64,000 nt of DNA from Candidatus Nanopelagicaceae bacterium (GCA_947454735.1 CANGLK010000003.1:9138-73137), one strand, 5' to 3'; shown: positions 20,614 through 29,892, counted from the stretch's first letter. Program-made: numbers and translations. The notes: a model not told the origin generated them from the letters alone.

Positions 20614-21564
20614 ATGGAAATGCGCCGAGCGGGAAAAAGTGGATTAACACTCTCGCGATTAGGTCTTGGAACGATGACCTGGGGGCGCGATACCGATACC
20701 CATGAAGCAGCCGACCAATGTCGGGCATATATCGAAGCGGGTGGAAACTTTCTCGATACTTCACCCATTTATGGGGATGGGGATTCAGAGCGAGTAATCG
20801 GCGGCATGATTGGAACGCTCTTCGAGCGAGATGAAGTTGTAATTGCTACTAAGGCTGGCATTCAACTGATTAACGGTGAGAAAGTTGTTAATAATTCTCG
20901 TCAATCGCTGATTGCCGAACTCGATAAGTCGTTGACACGTCTTGGCACTGATCATGTGGATCTCTGGCAGCTTCACGGCTGGGATGCAAATAATCCACTC
21001 GAAGATACTCTCTCAGCCCTTGATTACGCATACGCCTCGGGCAAGGCTCGATATATAGGCATATCAAACTTCTCTGGGTGGCAGAGTTCTAGAGCAATCA
21101 CTCTTCAAGAGCTCCATGGAATGAAGGCGCCGATCGTTTCACTTCAAAACGAGTACTCACTTCTCAATCGAGAAGTCGAGAATGAAATCCTTCCCTGTGT
21201 GGATGACCTCAGCGTTGGTTTCCTTGCTTGGGCGCCGCTTGCAAGAGGCGTACTGACAGGAAAATATCGCAACGGTATCCCCAGTGATTCTCGCGCCGCA
21301 GCTCCGCACTTCATGCGCCATGTTGAGCCATATATGAATGATCGCGCAGGAAGAATCGTCGAGGCTGTTTCGGTTGCTGCAGAAGGACTTGGCTTTGCGC
21401 CGCTCGAGGTTGCAATCGCATGGGTTCGCGACAATCCGCTTGTTACATCATCGATTGTTGGAGCAAGGACAGGTGCGCAACTTCGCGGAATACTTAAATC
21501 TGAGGAGATCACTCTCCCCCACACTATCCGCGAAGTTTTAGATGAGGTCTCAGCAGTTTTCTAG
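20614..21564 (+). CDS. Aldo/keto reductase
   Basis: LGLGTMTWG, DTS..YG.G.SE, IATK, SL.RLGTD.VDL, IG.SN, QNEYSLL; ATG 7 nt after TAAGGT. Confidence 0.9.
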   Translation: MEMRRAGKSGLTLSRLGLGTMTWGRDTDTHEAADQCRAYIEAGGNFLDTSPIYGDGDSERVIGGMIGTLFERDEVVIATKAGIQLINGEKVVNNSRQSLIAELDKSLTRLGTDHVDLWQLHGWDANNPLEDTLSALDYAYASGKARYIGISNFSGWQSSRAITLQELHGMKAPIVSLQNEYSLLNREVENEILPCVDDLSVGFLAWAPLARGVLTGKYRNGIPSDSRAAAPHFMRHVEPYMNDRAGRIVEAVSVAAEGLGFAPLEVAIAWVRDNPLVTSSIVGARTGAQLRGILKSEEITLPHTIREVLDEVSAVF

Positions 21565-22860
21565 GAAGTCGTTTAATACCTTAACGCCGAATTTCAAACC
21601 ATTGATTGGTACTCGCTCATCAACGCCATGGAAGAGCGCCATGAAGTCAAGATCTGCCGGAAGCATCAGTGGACTAAAGCCATAGCCGATAATTCCAAGC
21701 TCGGAGAGAGCCTTGTTATCAGTACCACCGCTCATTGTGTATGGAACAGGAATACCCTCCGGATCTTCGCGAACAATTGCAGCGCACATTGCATCAACGA
21801 GCGGTCCGCCGAATTCAACTTCGAGAGCGATGTCATGAGTCAGAGTCTCAATACGGATATCTGGGCCAACAATCGTGCGAATGGTTGCATTGAGTTCCTC
21901 TTCATATCCTGGAAGAAAACGACCATCAATAGTTGCACTGGCACTTCCTGGGATAACGTTTGCTTTATAGCCAGCCTCAAGAATCGTTGGATTTGCGGTG
22001 TTCTGAAGAGTGGCGCCAATCATTCGAGCAGTGGGACCAATCTCTTTGAGAAGTGGTCGCAAATCGTTTTCGTCGTAAGGCTTTCCTGTTGCTTCAGCGA
22101 TTCTTTTAAAGAGTAGTTTTACTGTCTTTGTATAACGCTGAGGCCACTCATACTTACCGATCTTTGCAACAGCTTCGGAAAGTGCTGTGAGAGCATTCTC
22201 ATCATTCATCATCGAACCGTGGCCAGCGCGACCATCGGCTGTGAGCTTCATCCAGTGAATACCTTTTTGTGCAGCTTCTACAAAGTAGAGACGTTTTCCA
22301 TCTCCTACGGTGACAGAGAATCCACCAACCTCAGAGATTGCCTCTGTGCATCCAGCGAAGACTTCTGGGTGATTGGCTGTCATATATCGAGAGCCGTAGC
22401 TGCTTCCAGCCTCTTCATCTGCAAAGAAGGCGAGAACGATATTGCGAGGCGGCTTATAGCCAGAACGCGCCCAGCGACGAACGATTGCAAGTAGCATCGC
22501 GTCAACGTTCTTCATATCAACTGCGCCGCGACCCCAGATCATTCCATCTTTGATCACTGCAGCAAAGGGATCGACGCTCCAGTCATCGGCATTTGCAGGA
22601 ACAACATCGATATGGCCATGAACAACAAGACCTGGACGAGATGGATCTGCACCTTCGATTTTGGCAATGACATTGCAGCGATTGGGAGCTGATTCATAAA
22701 TCTTCGCTGAGATCCCGACCTCTGCAAGAGATGCGACGACATATTCAGCTACCGCCTTCTCATCGCCCTTGCCTTCACCAAAATTCACAGAAGGAATTCG
22801 GATCAAGTCCTGGCAGATTGAGATGGTCTCTTCTTCTAGCGTTGCAAAGTCGTTGCTCAT
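21550..22860 (-). CDS. M20/M25/M40 family metallo-hydrolase
   Basis: HGHIDVVP, GRGAVDMK, DEE, SEVGG, GGTD, FHGVDER; ATG 22860. Confidence 0.9.
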   Translation of the reverse strand: MSNDFATLEEETISICQDLIRIPSVNFGEGKGDEKAVAEYVVASLAEVGISAKIYESAPNRCNVIAKIEGADPSRPGLVVHGHIDVVPANADDWSVDPFAAVIKDGMIWGRGAVDMKNVDAMLLAIVRRWARSGYKPPRNIVLAFFADEEAGSSYGSRYMTANHPEVFAGCTEAISEVGGFSVTVGDGKRLYFVEAAQKGIHWMKLTADGRAGHGSMMNDENALTALSEAVAKIGKYEWPQRYTKTVKLLFKRIAEATGKPYDENDLRPLLKEIGPTARMIGATLQNTANPTILEAGYKANVIPGSASATIDGRFLPGYEEELNATIRTIVGPDIRIETLTHDIALEVEFGGPLVDAMCAAIVREDPEGIPVPYTMSGGTDNKALSELGIIGYGFSPLMLPADLDFMALFHGVDERVPINGLKFGVKVLNDFLENC

Positions 22861-22889
22861 GGCTCCATTCTCTACTATCAAGGGCTATT

Positions 22890-22918
22890 TTGCGTGTGAG
22901 GCAGAGCATTGCTATCCT
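22890..22918 (+). promoter_or_regulatory. SigA-type promoter for tRNA-Leu
   Basis: TTGCGT-17 nt-TATCCT with extended TG. Confidence 0.65.
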
Positions 22919-22975
22919 TCGGCAGGTAATTCAACCCCATCACGTAGGCTTCTCTAATTCGTGGCGGGGACACTC

Positions 22976-23059
22976 GTCCGGGTGGCGGAATTGGCAGACG
23001 CGCTAGCTTGAGGTGCTAGTTCTCGCAAGGGATTAGGGGTTCAAGTCCCCTTTCGGACA
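22976..23059 (+). tRNA. tRNA-Leu (anticodon GAG)
   Basis: Acceptor stem GTCCGGG/TTCGGAC, D-loop GGAATTGGCAGAC, anticodon arm CTAGC-TTGAGGT-GCTAG, long variable arm, GTTCAAGTC T-loop; CCA not encoded. Confidence 0.96.
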
Positions 23060-23108
23060 CAAGAGTTGCTCACTGGTTAGCCATTGAGCAGTCGAAATGG
23101 AGCGCTGT

Positions 23109-23636
23109 ATGCAACTTCAACAGGCTCTCGCATTGGTACGAGATATCCCCGATTTTCCACAATCGGGAATTCTCTTTAAAGATATAACTCCACTTCTTGC
23201 AAATCCCCAAGCCTTTGCTCTCGTCACATCCGAGCTTGCAGGTGATACTCAACAATATTCACAGGTTGTAGGTATCGAAGCTAGAGGTTTCATTCTCGGA
23301 GCAGCAATAGCTTCCCACTCATCACGGGGATTTGTGCCCTTTCGCAAGGCAGGAAAACTCCCCCATACAACAATTTCGAAGAGTTACGGTCTTGAATATG
23401 GCGTTGATGTCATAGAGGCCCATATCGATGCAGTCCAACCAAGTGATTCAGTTCTGATCGTTGACGATGTCTTAGCTACGGGCGGAACCCTCTTAGCTGC
23501 AATCGAATTGATTTACGAACTCGGCGCATCAATATCTGAAGTTGTAGTTCTCTATGAAATCTCCTTCCTCAAGGGTCGTGAACGCATACTTGAGAAGTAT
23601 CCAGAGATCACTATCCGTTCGATTGTCGCTGGATAA
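23109..23636 (+). CDS. apt: Adenine phosphoribosyltransferase
   Basis: DFP..GILFKDITPL, EARGF, RKAGKLP, LEYG, VDDVLATGGT; alternative start 23097. Confidence 0.95.
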   Translation: MQLQQALALVRDIPDFPQSGILFKDITPLLANPQAFALVTSELAGDTQQYSQVVGIEARGFILGAAIASHSSRGFVPFRKAGKLPHTTISKSYGLEYGVDVIEAHIDAVQPSDSVLIVDDVLATGGTLLAAIELIYELGASISEVVVLYEISFLKGRERILEKYPEITIRSIVAG

Positions 23637-25487
23637 ATGCGCATCCCTCACATTCAGGCGCTCCGTGCACTTGCCGCAATCCTCGTACTGCTATTTCATG
23701 CAAACCTTGTAGGTGGCGGTTACATTGGTGTAGACATCTTCTACGTTATCTCTGGATATCTCATAACAGGACTTATCCTTCGCGAAATCGAGGATAAAGG
23801 CTCACTTAATTTCAAGGCCTTCTATCTTCGACGCATCAAGAGATTGCTTCCAACATCTTTCTCAATTCTGATGGTGACAGCTGCTGTCTCTTGGCTCCTC
23901 TATCCAGGCACCATGCGTAGCGAATTGGGAAAAGATATTTTCGCAGCGGCGGTTTATGTATCCAACTTCCTCTTCGCTTTCTGGCAGATGGATTATCAGA
24001 ATCTCAATGCAATCCCACCAGTAGTCATCCACTTCTGGTCTCTTGCAGTCGAAGAGCAGTTCTATCTCTTCTGGCCAGTAATAGTTCTCATCGCGTTCAA
24101 ATTAGGTGGTCGACGTCGACTCTTTCAGAGCATCGCCGGTATCTCGCTCTTCTCATTTCTCTTTAGTCTCTATCTCACCTCCCATTCACCTATCTGGGCT
24201 TTTTATTCATTGCCTACGCGTGCCTGGGAGTTAGGAGTCGGTGCGCTTCTGCTCGCGATTCCAAAGAAATATCGCCTCTCAACTTTCTATCCTTGGGCAG
24301 CACTTGCTCTGATTAGTTATGGCACATTCTTCTATACAGATAAAACTGCCTTCCCAGGCATTGCTGCTATCGCGCCAGTAATTGGAACTGCAGCCGCTAT
24401 CGCATCTATTGCTTCATGGCCGAAGATTCTCAATTTCCTCAGCAATCTTCGATTGATCCAATGGCTGGGTGAAATCTCTTACCCGCTCTATCTCTGGCAT
24501 TGGCCGCTTCTCGTTATTCCTATGGTCTATCTCGGCCGTGGTCTGCATATCTACGAGCGAGCTATTGCAATACTTGCAACCTTGCTTCTAGCTGACCTTA
24601 CTCATCGCTTTATCGAACAACCACTTCGCCACATATCACTATCGCCACGAAAGATTATTTCTGGTGCGGTAATTGCATCACTCATAGCAACTGGTACTGG
24701 TCTTGCGATTACAGCGAGTGCCAACAACACGATCACCTTGAGCTCTGGCGAGAGCTATTCGCTTCAAGAAATCATGGCGAAACCTCAGGTCTATCTCGAT
24801 GATTGCCATGTAAATAATGGTGAAACTGTTTCAGGCAAGTGTTCATATGGTCCAGATAGTCCGACCAAGATTGTTCTCTTCGGCGATTCACACGCAGCTC
24901 AATGGATGCCGGTCCTCGAAGAGTTGGCCTACGAGAAGAACTTCACGCTAATCTCACTCACCAAGTCCGCTTGTCCGGGTCCTGCCGTTCTTAAAGTTGA
25001 GACAGGGGCTTACAAGAATGCTGATTGCACCGCCTGGCGCAATAATGCAATTGCTCGGATCAAATCAATCAAACCTATGGCTGTAATTGTCAGCGGAATG
25101 CAGCACTTTGAGATGCCATCAGGATATGCATCTCGAGCAGAGTGGTGGCGTGAAGGTGAGGCGAAGACATTTGCTGCCCTTGAAGGATCCTCAAAGCACA
25201 TTATCTATATCTCCGATACTCCTCATCCTCTGCGAGATATACCAAGTTGTATCGCCGCTGGCCGCTTAGATAAATGCAATGCCACCGAGCCATCTGAGGC
25301 GATCTTCTCTCCCGGCTGGCAGCAAATCAATCCAACACCGTGGTTCTGTGCGGCTAATTGTCCCGCTGTAATAAATGGAGTCGTTGTATATCGAGATGCA
25401 TCTCATATCAGCGTTCTTGCCTCGAAGAAAGCGAAACCACAACTACTCAGCACTTTGCTTTCGCTTGGTGTCTTCGCTTCAAAGTAA
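23637..25487 (+). CDS. Acyltransferase-3 membrane domain fused to SGNH domain (OafA/OatA-like O-acyltransferase)
   Basis: ALRALA, GVDIFYVISGYLI, FYLRRIKRL, HFWSLAVEEQFY, SYPLYLWHWP; C-terminal GDSHA and DASH. Confidence 0.9.
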   Translation: MRIPHIQALRALAAILVLLFHANLVGGGYIGVDIFYVISGYLITGLILREIEDKGSLNFKAFYLRRIKRLLPTSFSILMVTAAVSWLLYPGTMRSELGKDIFAAAVYVSNFLFAFWQMDYQNLNAIPPVVIHFWSLAVEEQFYLFWPVIVLIAFKLGGRRRLFQSIAGISLFSFLFSLYLTSHSPIWAFYSLPTRAWELGVGALLLAIPKKYRLSTFYPWAALALISYGTFFYTDKTAFPGIAAIAPVIGTAAAIASIASWPKILNFLSNLRLIQWLGEISYPLYLWHWPLLVIPMVYLGRGLHIYERAIAILATLLLADLTHRFIEQPLRHISLSPRKIISGAVIASLIATGTGLAITASANNTITLSSGESYSLQEIMAKPQVYLDDCHVNNGETVSGKCSYGPDSPTKIVLFGDSHAAQWMPVLEELAYEKNFTLISLTKSACPGPAVLKVETGAYKNADCTAWRNNAIARIKSIKPMAVIVSGMQHFEMPSGYASRAEWWREGEAKTFAALEGSSKHIIYISDTPHPLRDIPSCIAAGRLDKCNATEPSEAIFSPGWQQINPTPWFCAANCPAVINGVVVYRDASHISVLASKKAKPQLLSTLLSLGVFASK

Positions 25488-25521
25488 GGAATTTCTCAAA
25501 AGCTCATGGCAGGATGTCACC

Positions 25522-26169
25522 ATGGCTGAATTGATCTACTACTGCGGAACGATGGATAGCGGCAAGTCGACCCTTGCGCTACAGACTGCGCATAATCATC
25601 AGAGTCGCGGACGCGGAGGATTGATCTTCACAAGCCATGACCGTGCTGGTTCTGGCGTTATCTCTTCTCGCCTGGGTCTTCAGAGTCCTGCAATTGAGGT
25701 GATTCCTGGCTTCGATATTCATAAATTAGTCGTCGATAAATTATCGATGGGCGAACGCATTGATTACATCATCTGCGATGAGGCGCAATTCTACGAACCA
25801 GATCAGATTGATGGATTAGCACGCATAGTCGATGGTTTAGGTATCGATGTCTATGCCTTTGGAATTCTCGCCGACTTTAGAACGAAACTCTTTCCCGGCT
25901 CTGCTCGCCTCGTTGAATTAGCCGATCGAGTGAACACACTTCAGGTAGAAGCGCTCTGTTGGTGTGGCTCTCGAGCTACTCACAATGCTCGTACCGTCAA
26001 TGGAAAGATGGTCACAGAGGGCGAACAAGTTGTGGTCGGAGATGTTGGTAAGAGCGATGAAGTTGCCTATGAAGTTCTATGTCGACGCCACCATATGCGA
26101 AGGGTTACCGCACGCGCATCAAGGGCAGGACATATTTCTAGCGACCCACTGCCATTTGGTGAGAAGTAA
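25522..26169 (+). CDS. tdk: Thymidine kinase
   Basis: GTMDSGKST, DEAQF, DFR..LFPGS, CWC and YEVLCRRH Zn site; ATG 25522. Confidence 0.93.
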   Translation: MAELIYYCGTMDSGKSTLALQTAHNHQSRGRGGLIFTSHDRAGSGVISSRLGLQSPAIEVIPGFDIHKLVVDKLSMGERIDYIICDEAQFYEPDQIDGLARIVDGLGIDVYAFGILADFRTKLFPGSARLVELADRVNTLQVEALCWCGSRATHNARTVNGKMVTEGEQVVVGDVGKSDEVAYEVLCRRHHMRRVTARASRAGHISSDPLPFGEK

Positions 26170-26170
26170 T

Positions 26171-26902
26171 TTAGAAGGAATGCACCAGGGTTGCGATAAG
26201 CGGCGCTAAGAATAGAGCGGGCAGTAAATTCCCCACTGCAATCTTCTTGATATCGAGTAGCCGCAGACCAATACCCACCAACATCAGCCCGCCACAGATT
26301 GTCATCGCATCTATCTGGTACTGCTCCAGAACATTTCCGGCTATCCATCCCACCACCGTCCAGGCTCCTTGATAGATACCGAGCGGAATAATCGATGCGG
26401 CCACTCCCCAACCCAAGGTGGAGGCAAATGCCATCGCGGCAAAGAAGTCGAGTGATGATTTAAGGAGCAATTGATCGATGCCTTGTGAAGCTCCATCGCT
26501 AATACTTCCAAGGATGGCAAGTGGCCCAATCAAGAAGAGAAGTGAGGCGGTAACAAACCCTTCAACAAAGGGGCTCTCTTCGGATGCTTTGAACTTCCTA
26601 CGTAGACCTTCGCCAAAGTTATCTAATCGACTCTCCAGTTTGAGGGCGGTACCGAGAAAGCCACCTAAGAGCATCGTCAGAAGAATTACTAGAAGTGGCG
26701 CACCTTGAGGAAGTGCTGATGTGAAATCTCTCGACCAGAGTGGAATAAGTGCCGATGTTGCGCCTAACAAGGTGATCAAGCCGAGAACATCTGTTATCGA
26801 GATCTGAGAATCTTTGCGTAGGCGATGCCCGACTGCGATTCCGATAGTAGAACCAACGATAATTGCTACAAGATTGATAACCGTGCCAAGCCCGATAAAC
26901 AT
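26171..26902 (-). CDS. DUF554-family membrane protein
   Basis: GTVIN, EGFVTASLLF.IGPLAILGSISDG, KS.LD, YQG, N.LPAL; ATG 6 nt after TATAGT. Confidence 0.85.
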   Translation of the reverse strand: MFIGLGTVINLVAIIVGSTIGIAVGHRLRKDSQISITDVLGLITLLGATSALIPLWSRDFTSALPQGAPLLVILLTMLLGGFLGTALKLESRLDNFGEGLRRKFKASEESPFVEGFVTASLLFLIGPLAILGSISDGASQGIDQLLLKSSLDFFAAMAFASTLGWGVAASIIPLGIYQGAWTVVGWIAGNVLEQYQIDAMTICGGLMLVGIGLRLLDIKKIAVGNLLPALFLAPLIATLVHSF

Positions 26903-26924
26903 GGCCACACTATAGACTCCTGCG
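26903..26924. promoter_or_regulatory. 22-bp bidirectional leaderless promoter with overlapping -10 boxes
   Basis: Minus-strand TATAGT (26909-26914) and plus-strand TAGACT (26913-26918), each 6 nt from an ATG. Confidence 0.72.
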
Positions 26925-27587
26925 ATGCGTTCTCTCATGAAATTTATCGCGCCTCATAAGACTATTCCGCCCACACCATGGAGGGCTGAACATCGTTGGC
27001 AACTCTCGCCCGCTCGAGTTGCGATTCTCTTCTTCGGACTTGCAATATTTGGCCTTGGTGATTCTTTACTTGTTCAAGGCAATGTAGGAAATGCGCCGTG
27101 GACAGTCTTTGCGCAAGGTCTATCACTCAAGACTGGTTTCCCGCTGGGGGTCTCAACATTCTTAATCTCAGTTGCAGTCTTACTGATCTGGATTCCATTG
27201 AAGGAAAAGCCAGGATTCGGAACTCTCTCAAATATCTTGTTGATCGCTACCTTTATTCAAGTTGGAATCTCAATCTTTCCTCTACAGCACTCTCTTGCGA
27301 TGGGCGTCTCCTTTGATCTTCTCGGAATCATCCTTGTAGGAATCGGCTCATCTCTCTACATCACCTGTGGTCTTGGTCCTGGCCCACGTGATGGCGCGAT
27401 GACTGGAATTCACCAGGCAACGGGGATTCGCGTTGGTCGCGTTCGCCTCGGAATTGAACTCACCGTTCTTATCGTGGGCCGCCTGATGGGCGGAACGGTA
27501 GGCGTAGGAACCCTTCTCTTCGCCCTCCTGATTGGGGAATCGATTGCGATTTCCCTAGGGATCGTGGCGCGTCTGACCAGTCGGTAA
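26925..27587 (+). CDS. YczE/YyaS/YitT-family membrane protein
   Basis: G..PWTVF.QGLS, EKPGFGT, GLGPGPRDG.MTG, GGTVGVGT; hydrophobic. Confidence 0.82.
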   Translation: MRSLMKFIAPHKTIPPTPWRAEHRWQLSPARVAILFFGLAIFGLGDSLLVQGNVGNAPWTVFAQGLSLKTGFPLGVSTFLISVAVLLIWIPLKEKPGFGTLSNILLIATFIQVGISIFPLQHSLAMGVSFDLLGIILVGIGSSLYITCGLGPGPRDGAMTGIHQATGIRVGRVRLGIELTVLIVGRLMGGTVGVGTLLFALLIGESIAISLGIVARLTSR

Positions 27588-27600
27588 TAAGAGCCTCTCT

Positions 27601-27686
27601 TAAACTAAGGCATTCCCACGGTCTGTGAGCCGTCATTTCACACGGGGTCGCAAACACCCCCGTCAACAAAATCAGGAAGGTCAACC
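27601..27686 (+). promoter_or_regulatory. -10 box plus structured 5' leader of the NCS2 permease (candidate cis-regulatory RNA)
   Basis: TAAACT at 27601, then two hairpins both closed by CACGG...CCGTCA, then SD AGGAAGG. Confidence 0.45.
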
Positions 27687-29195
27687 ATGCTCGATAGTTT
27701 CTTCAAGATATCTGAACGTGGATCCACTGTAGGTCGTGAAGTTCGTGGTGGTCTCGTCACATTCTTTACCATGGCATACATCGTGGTCCTCAACCCACTC
27801 ATCATTGGTTACACGCCAGATAAGTACGGCAATTTCATCGGTGGAGGCAAGACTCCTCACATCGCGATGATTGCAGCTGCAACAGCCCTCGTAGCTGGAA
27901 TTCTCACAATACTTATGGGCGTAGTCGGTCGCTACCCACTCGCACTTGCTACAGGTCTCGGCCTCAATACATTCGTTGCAGTAGTCATTGCAAAGCAGAT
28001 GTCATGGCCAGATGCAATGGGACTCATTGTTCTTGAAGGCTTGATCATCACAGTTCTCGTTCTTACAGGCTTCCGTACAGCTGTCTTCAAGGCAGTTCCT
28101 GGTCAGCTCAAGATCGCAATCTCTGTTGGTATCGGCCTCTTTATCGCTCTTATCGGCCTCGTTGACTCTGGCTTCGTTCGTCGTACAGGCGCAGGTCCAG
28201 TTCCGGTAACTCTTGGAGCAGATGGAACTCTCGTAGGTTGGCCAATCATTATCTTTGCAATCGGTCTCTTCTTGATGATTGCTCTCATGGTGAAGAAGAC
28301 TAAGGGCGCACTCCTTATCGGTATCGCTGTCGCAACGATTCTCGCAGTTATTGCAGAGAAGGCATTTAAGATCCATGCTGGATTCATTGCCAAGGGTGGC
28401 GTTGAATTTATGACGAACGGAACAAATAAGTTGCCTGCAGAGTACAAGGGCTTCATTATTCCTTCCGGCGATTACATCAATCCAAAGGGATGGTCACTCA
28501 ACGTTCCTGCTGTTCCTACAAAGTGGGTACAGACACCAGATTTCGGCCTACTAGGCCACTTCAGCCTCTTCGGTGGCTTTAAGGAGATCAGCCTTATTGC
28601 GGCAGTTCTTCTCGTCTTCACACTTCTTCTCTCTGACTTCTTCGACACAGTCGGAACTGTCACAGCGATCGGACATGAAGCTGGACTCATCGATAAGGAT
28701 GGAAACATTCCTTACAACGAGCAGATTCTCCTCGTTGACTCACTTGCTGCAGTCGCAGGTGGCGCAGCGAGCATCTCATCTAACACAAGCTATATCGAAT
28801 CTGCTTCAGGTGTCGGGGAAGGCGCACGTACAGGACTTGCATCAGTCGTTACTGGTCTCTGCTTCTTGCTCACAACTCTCTTCGCTCCAGCTGTTGCAAT
28901 GATTCCTTATGAGGCAGCAACACCTGCTCTCATCATTGTTGGATTCTTGATGATGACTCAGATCAGCGGAATCGATTGGTCTGATTATGGAATTGCCATC
29001 CCTGCATTCCTTACAATCATCTTGATGCCATTCACATACAACATCTCAGTTGGTATCGGTGCAGGGTTCATCACACACGTGATCATCCGCGCTCTACAGG
29101 GACGTCGCAAGGAGATCCATCCACTACTTCTCTTAGTATCTGGCCTCTTTGTTATCTTCTTCCTGCAGTCACCAATTGATTCATGGATCGGCTAA
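27687..29195 (+). CDS. NCS2/AzgA-like nucleobase (purine) permease
   Basis: EVRGGLVTFFTMAYI..NP, GLGLN, DFFDTVGT, YIESASGV.EGARTGL, MPFTYNIS.GIG.G. Confidence 0.92.
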   Translation: MLDSFFKISERGSTVGREVRGGLVTFFTMAYIVVLNPLIIGYTPDKYGNFIGGGKTPHIAMIAAATALVAGILTILMGVVGRYPLALATGLGLNTFVAVVIAKQMSWPDAMGLIVLEGLIITVLVLTGFRTAVFKAVPGQLKIAISVGIGLFIALIGLVDSGFVRRTGAGPVPVTLGADGTLVGWPIIIFAIGLFLMIALMVKKTKGALLIGIAVATILAVIAEKAFKIHAGFIAKGGVEFMTNGTNKLPAEYKGFIIPSGDYINPKGWSLNVPAVPTKWVQTPDFGLLGHFSLFGGFKEISLIAAVLLVFTLLLSDFFDTVGTVTAIGHEAGLIDKDGNIPYNEQILLVDSLAAVAGGAASISSNTSYIESASGVGEGARTGLASVVTGLCFLLTTLFAPAVAMIPYEAATPALIIVGFLMMTQISGIDWSDYGIAIPAFLTIILMPFTYNISVGIGAGFITHVIIRALQGRRKEIHPLLLLVSGLFVIFFLQSPIDSWIG

Positions 29196-29210
29196 CACTC
29201 TAGTAATAAA

Positions 29211-29256
29211 AAAGAAGAACGCCCCCGAGGAGAAATCTCCGGGGGCGTTCTTCTTT
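29211..29256. terminator. Bidirectional intrinsic terminator (NCS2/ung)
   Basis: Perfect 16-bp inverted repeat AAAGAAGAACGCCCCC/GGGGGCGTTCTTCTTT around a GGAG/CTCC inner stem. Confidence 0.9.
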
Positions 29257-29892
29257 CTACAATTGCCAGTTGACCGGTGATATTCCTCTGCTGGATAAGA
29301 GTGAATTTGCTCGAGTAAATGGTTTAGATCCAAAGAAGCCATTTCTGGCTGAAAGCGGACTTGGATGAACAGATTCGATGACGTTATTGAATAGAGGAGC
29401 GAATCCTCTTGCGCTATTGCCCCACAAAATTGCTACAACTTCTCTATTCGCTAACTCCTTAGCGACGGCCTCAGTCAGGGCGCTCCAACCTTTTGATGCA
29501 TGGATATTTCGCTCACCTACCGTAGTAGTCAGTGTTCGATTAAGGAGTAGCACTCCCCTCTCGCTCCATAGTGTGAGGTCGGGACTTATAGGGGTTGGAA
29601 GATTGAGATCTGCCGAATACTCCTTAAAGATGTTTCGAAGCGAGGCTGGTATTGAGTTGCCAGGGTAGGAAGAGAAGGCGAGGCCATCTGCGACTCCAAC
29701 ACCAGGGTAAGGATCTTGTCCAAGAATGAGTACTTTGACTTCATCAATGGGAGTTCTAAAAGCTCTAAATATCTCCGATCGCGGCGGCGTGATCTCTAGA
29801 CCTACCGATTGAAGAATTTCATTGATTGAGGCAGAGTGTTCTGAGAAGAGAGGGTGCCACGATTGATCTATCTCGTCGAGCGAGAAGAACAT
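29257..29892 (-). CDS. ung: Uracil-DNA glycosylase (family 1)
   Basis: GQDPY, SLRNIF, GVLLLN, HPSPLS, FFGSKPF. Confidence 0.95.
   Translation of the reverse strand: MFFSLDEIDQSWHPLFSEHSASINEILQSVGLEITPPRSEIFRAFRTPIDEVKVLILGQDPYPGVGVADGLAFSSYPGNSIPASLRNIFKEYSADLNLPTPISPDLTLWSERGVLLLNRTLTTTVGERNIHASKGWSALTEAVAKELANREVVAILWGNSARGFAPLFNNVIESVHPSPLSARNGFFGSKPFTRANSLLSSRGISPVNWQL

Noticed and set aside
22976-25500. Genomic island integrated at tRNA-Leu
   Set aside because: No integrase and no duplicated tRNA 3' end seen; composition looks like the flanks by eye.
27624-27642. TGTGA...TCACA as a CRP/GlxR site
   Set aside because: Spacer is 9 nt rather than 6; better explained as RNA pairing.
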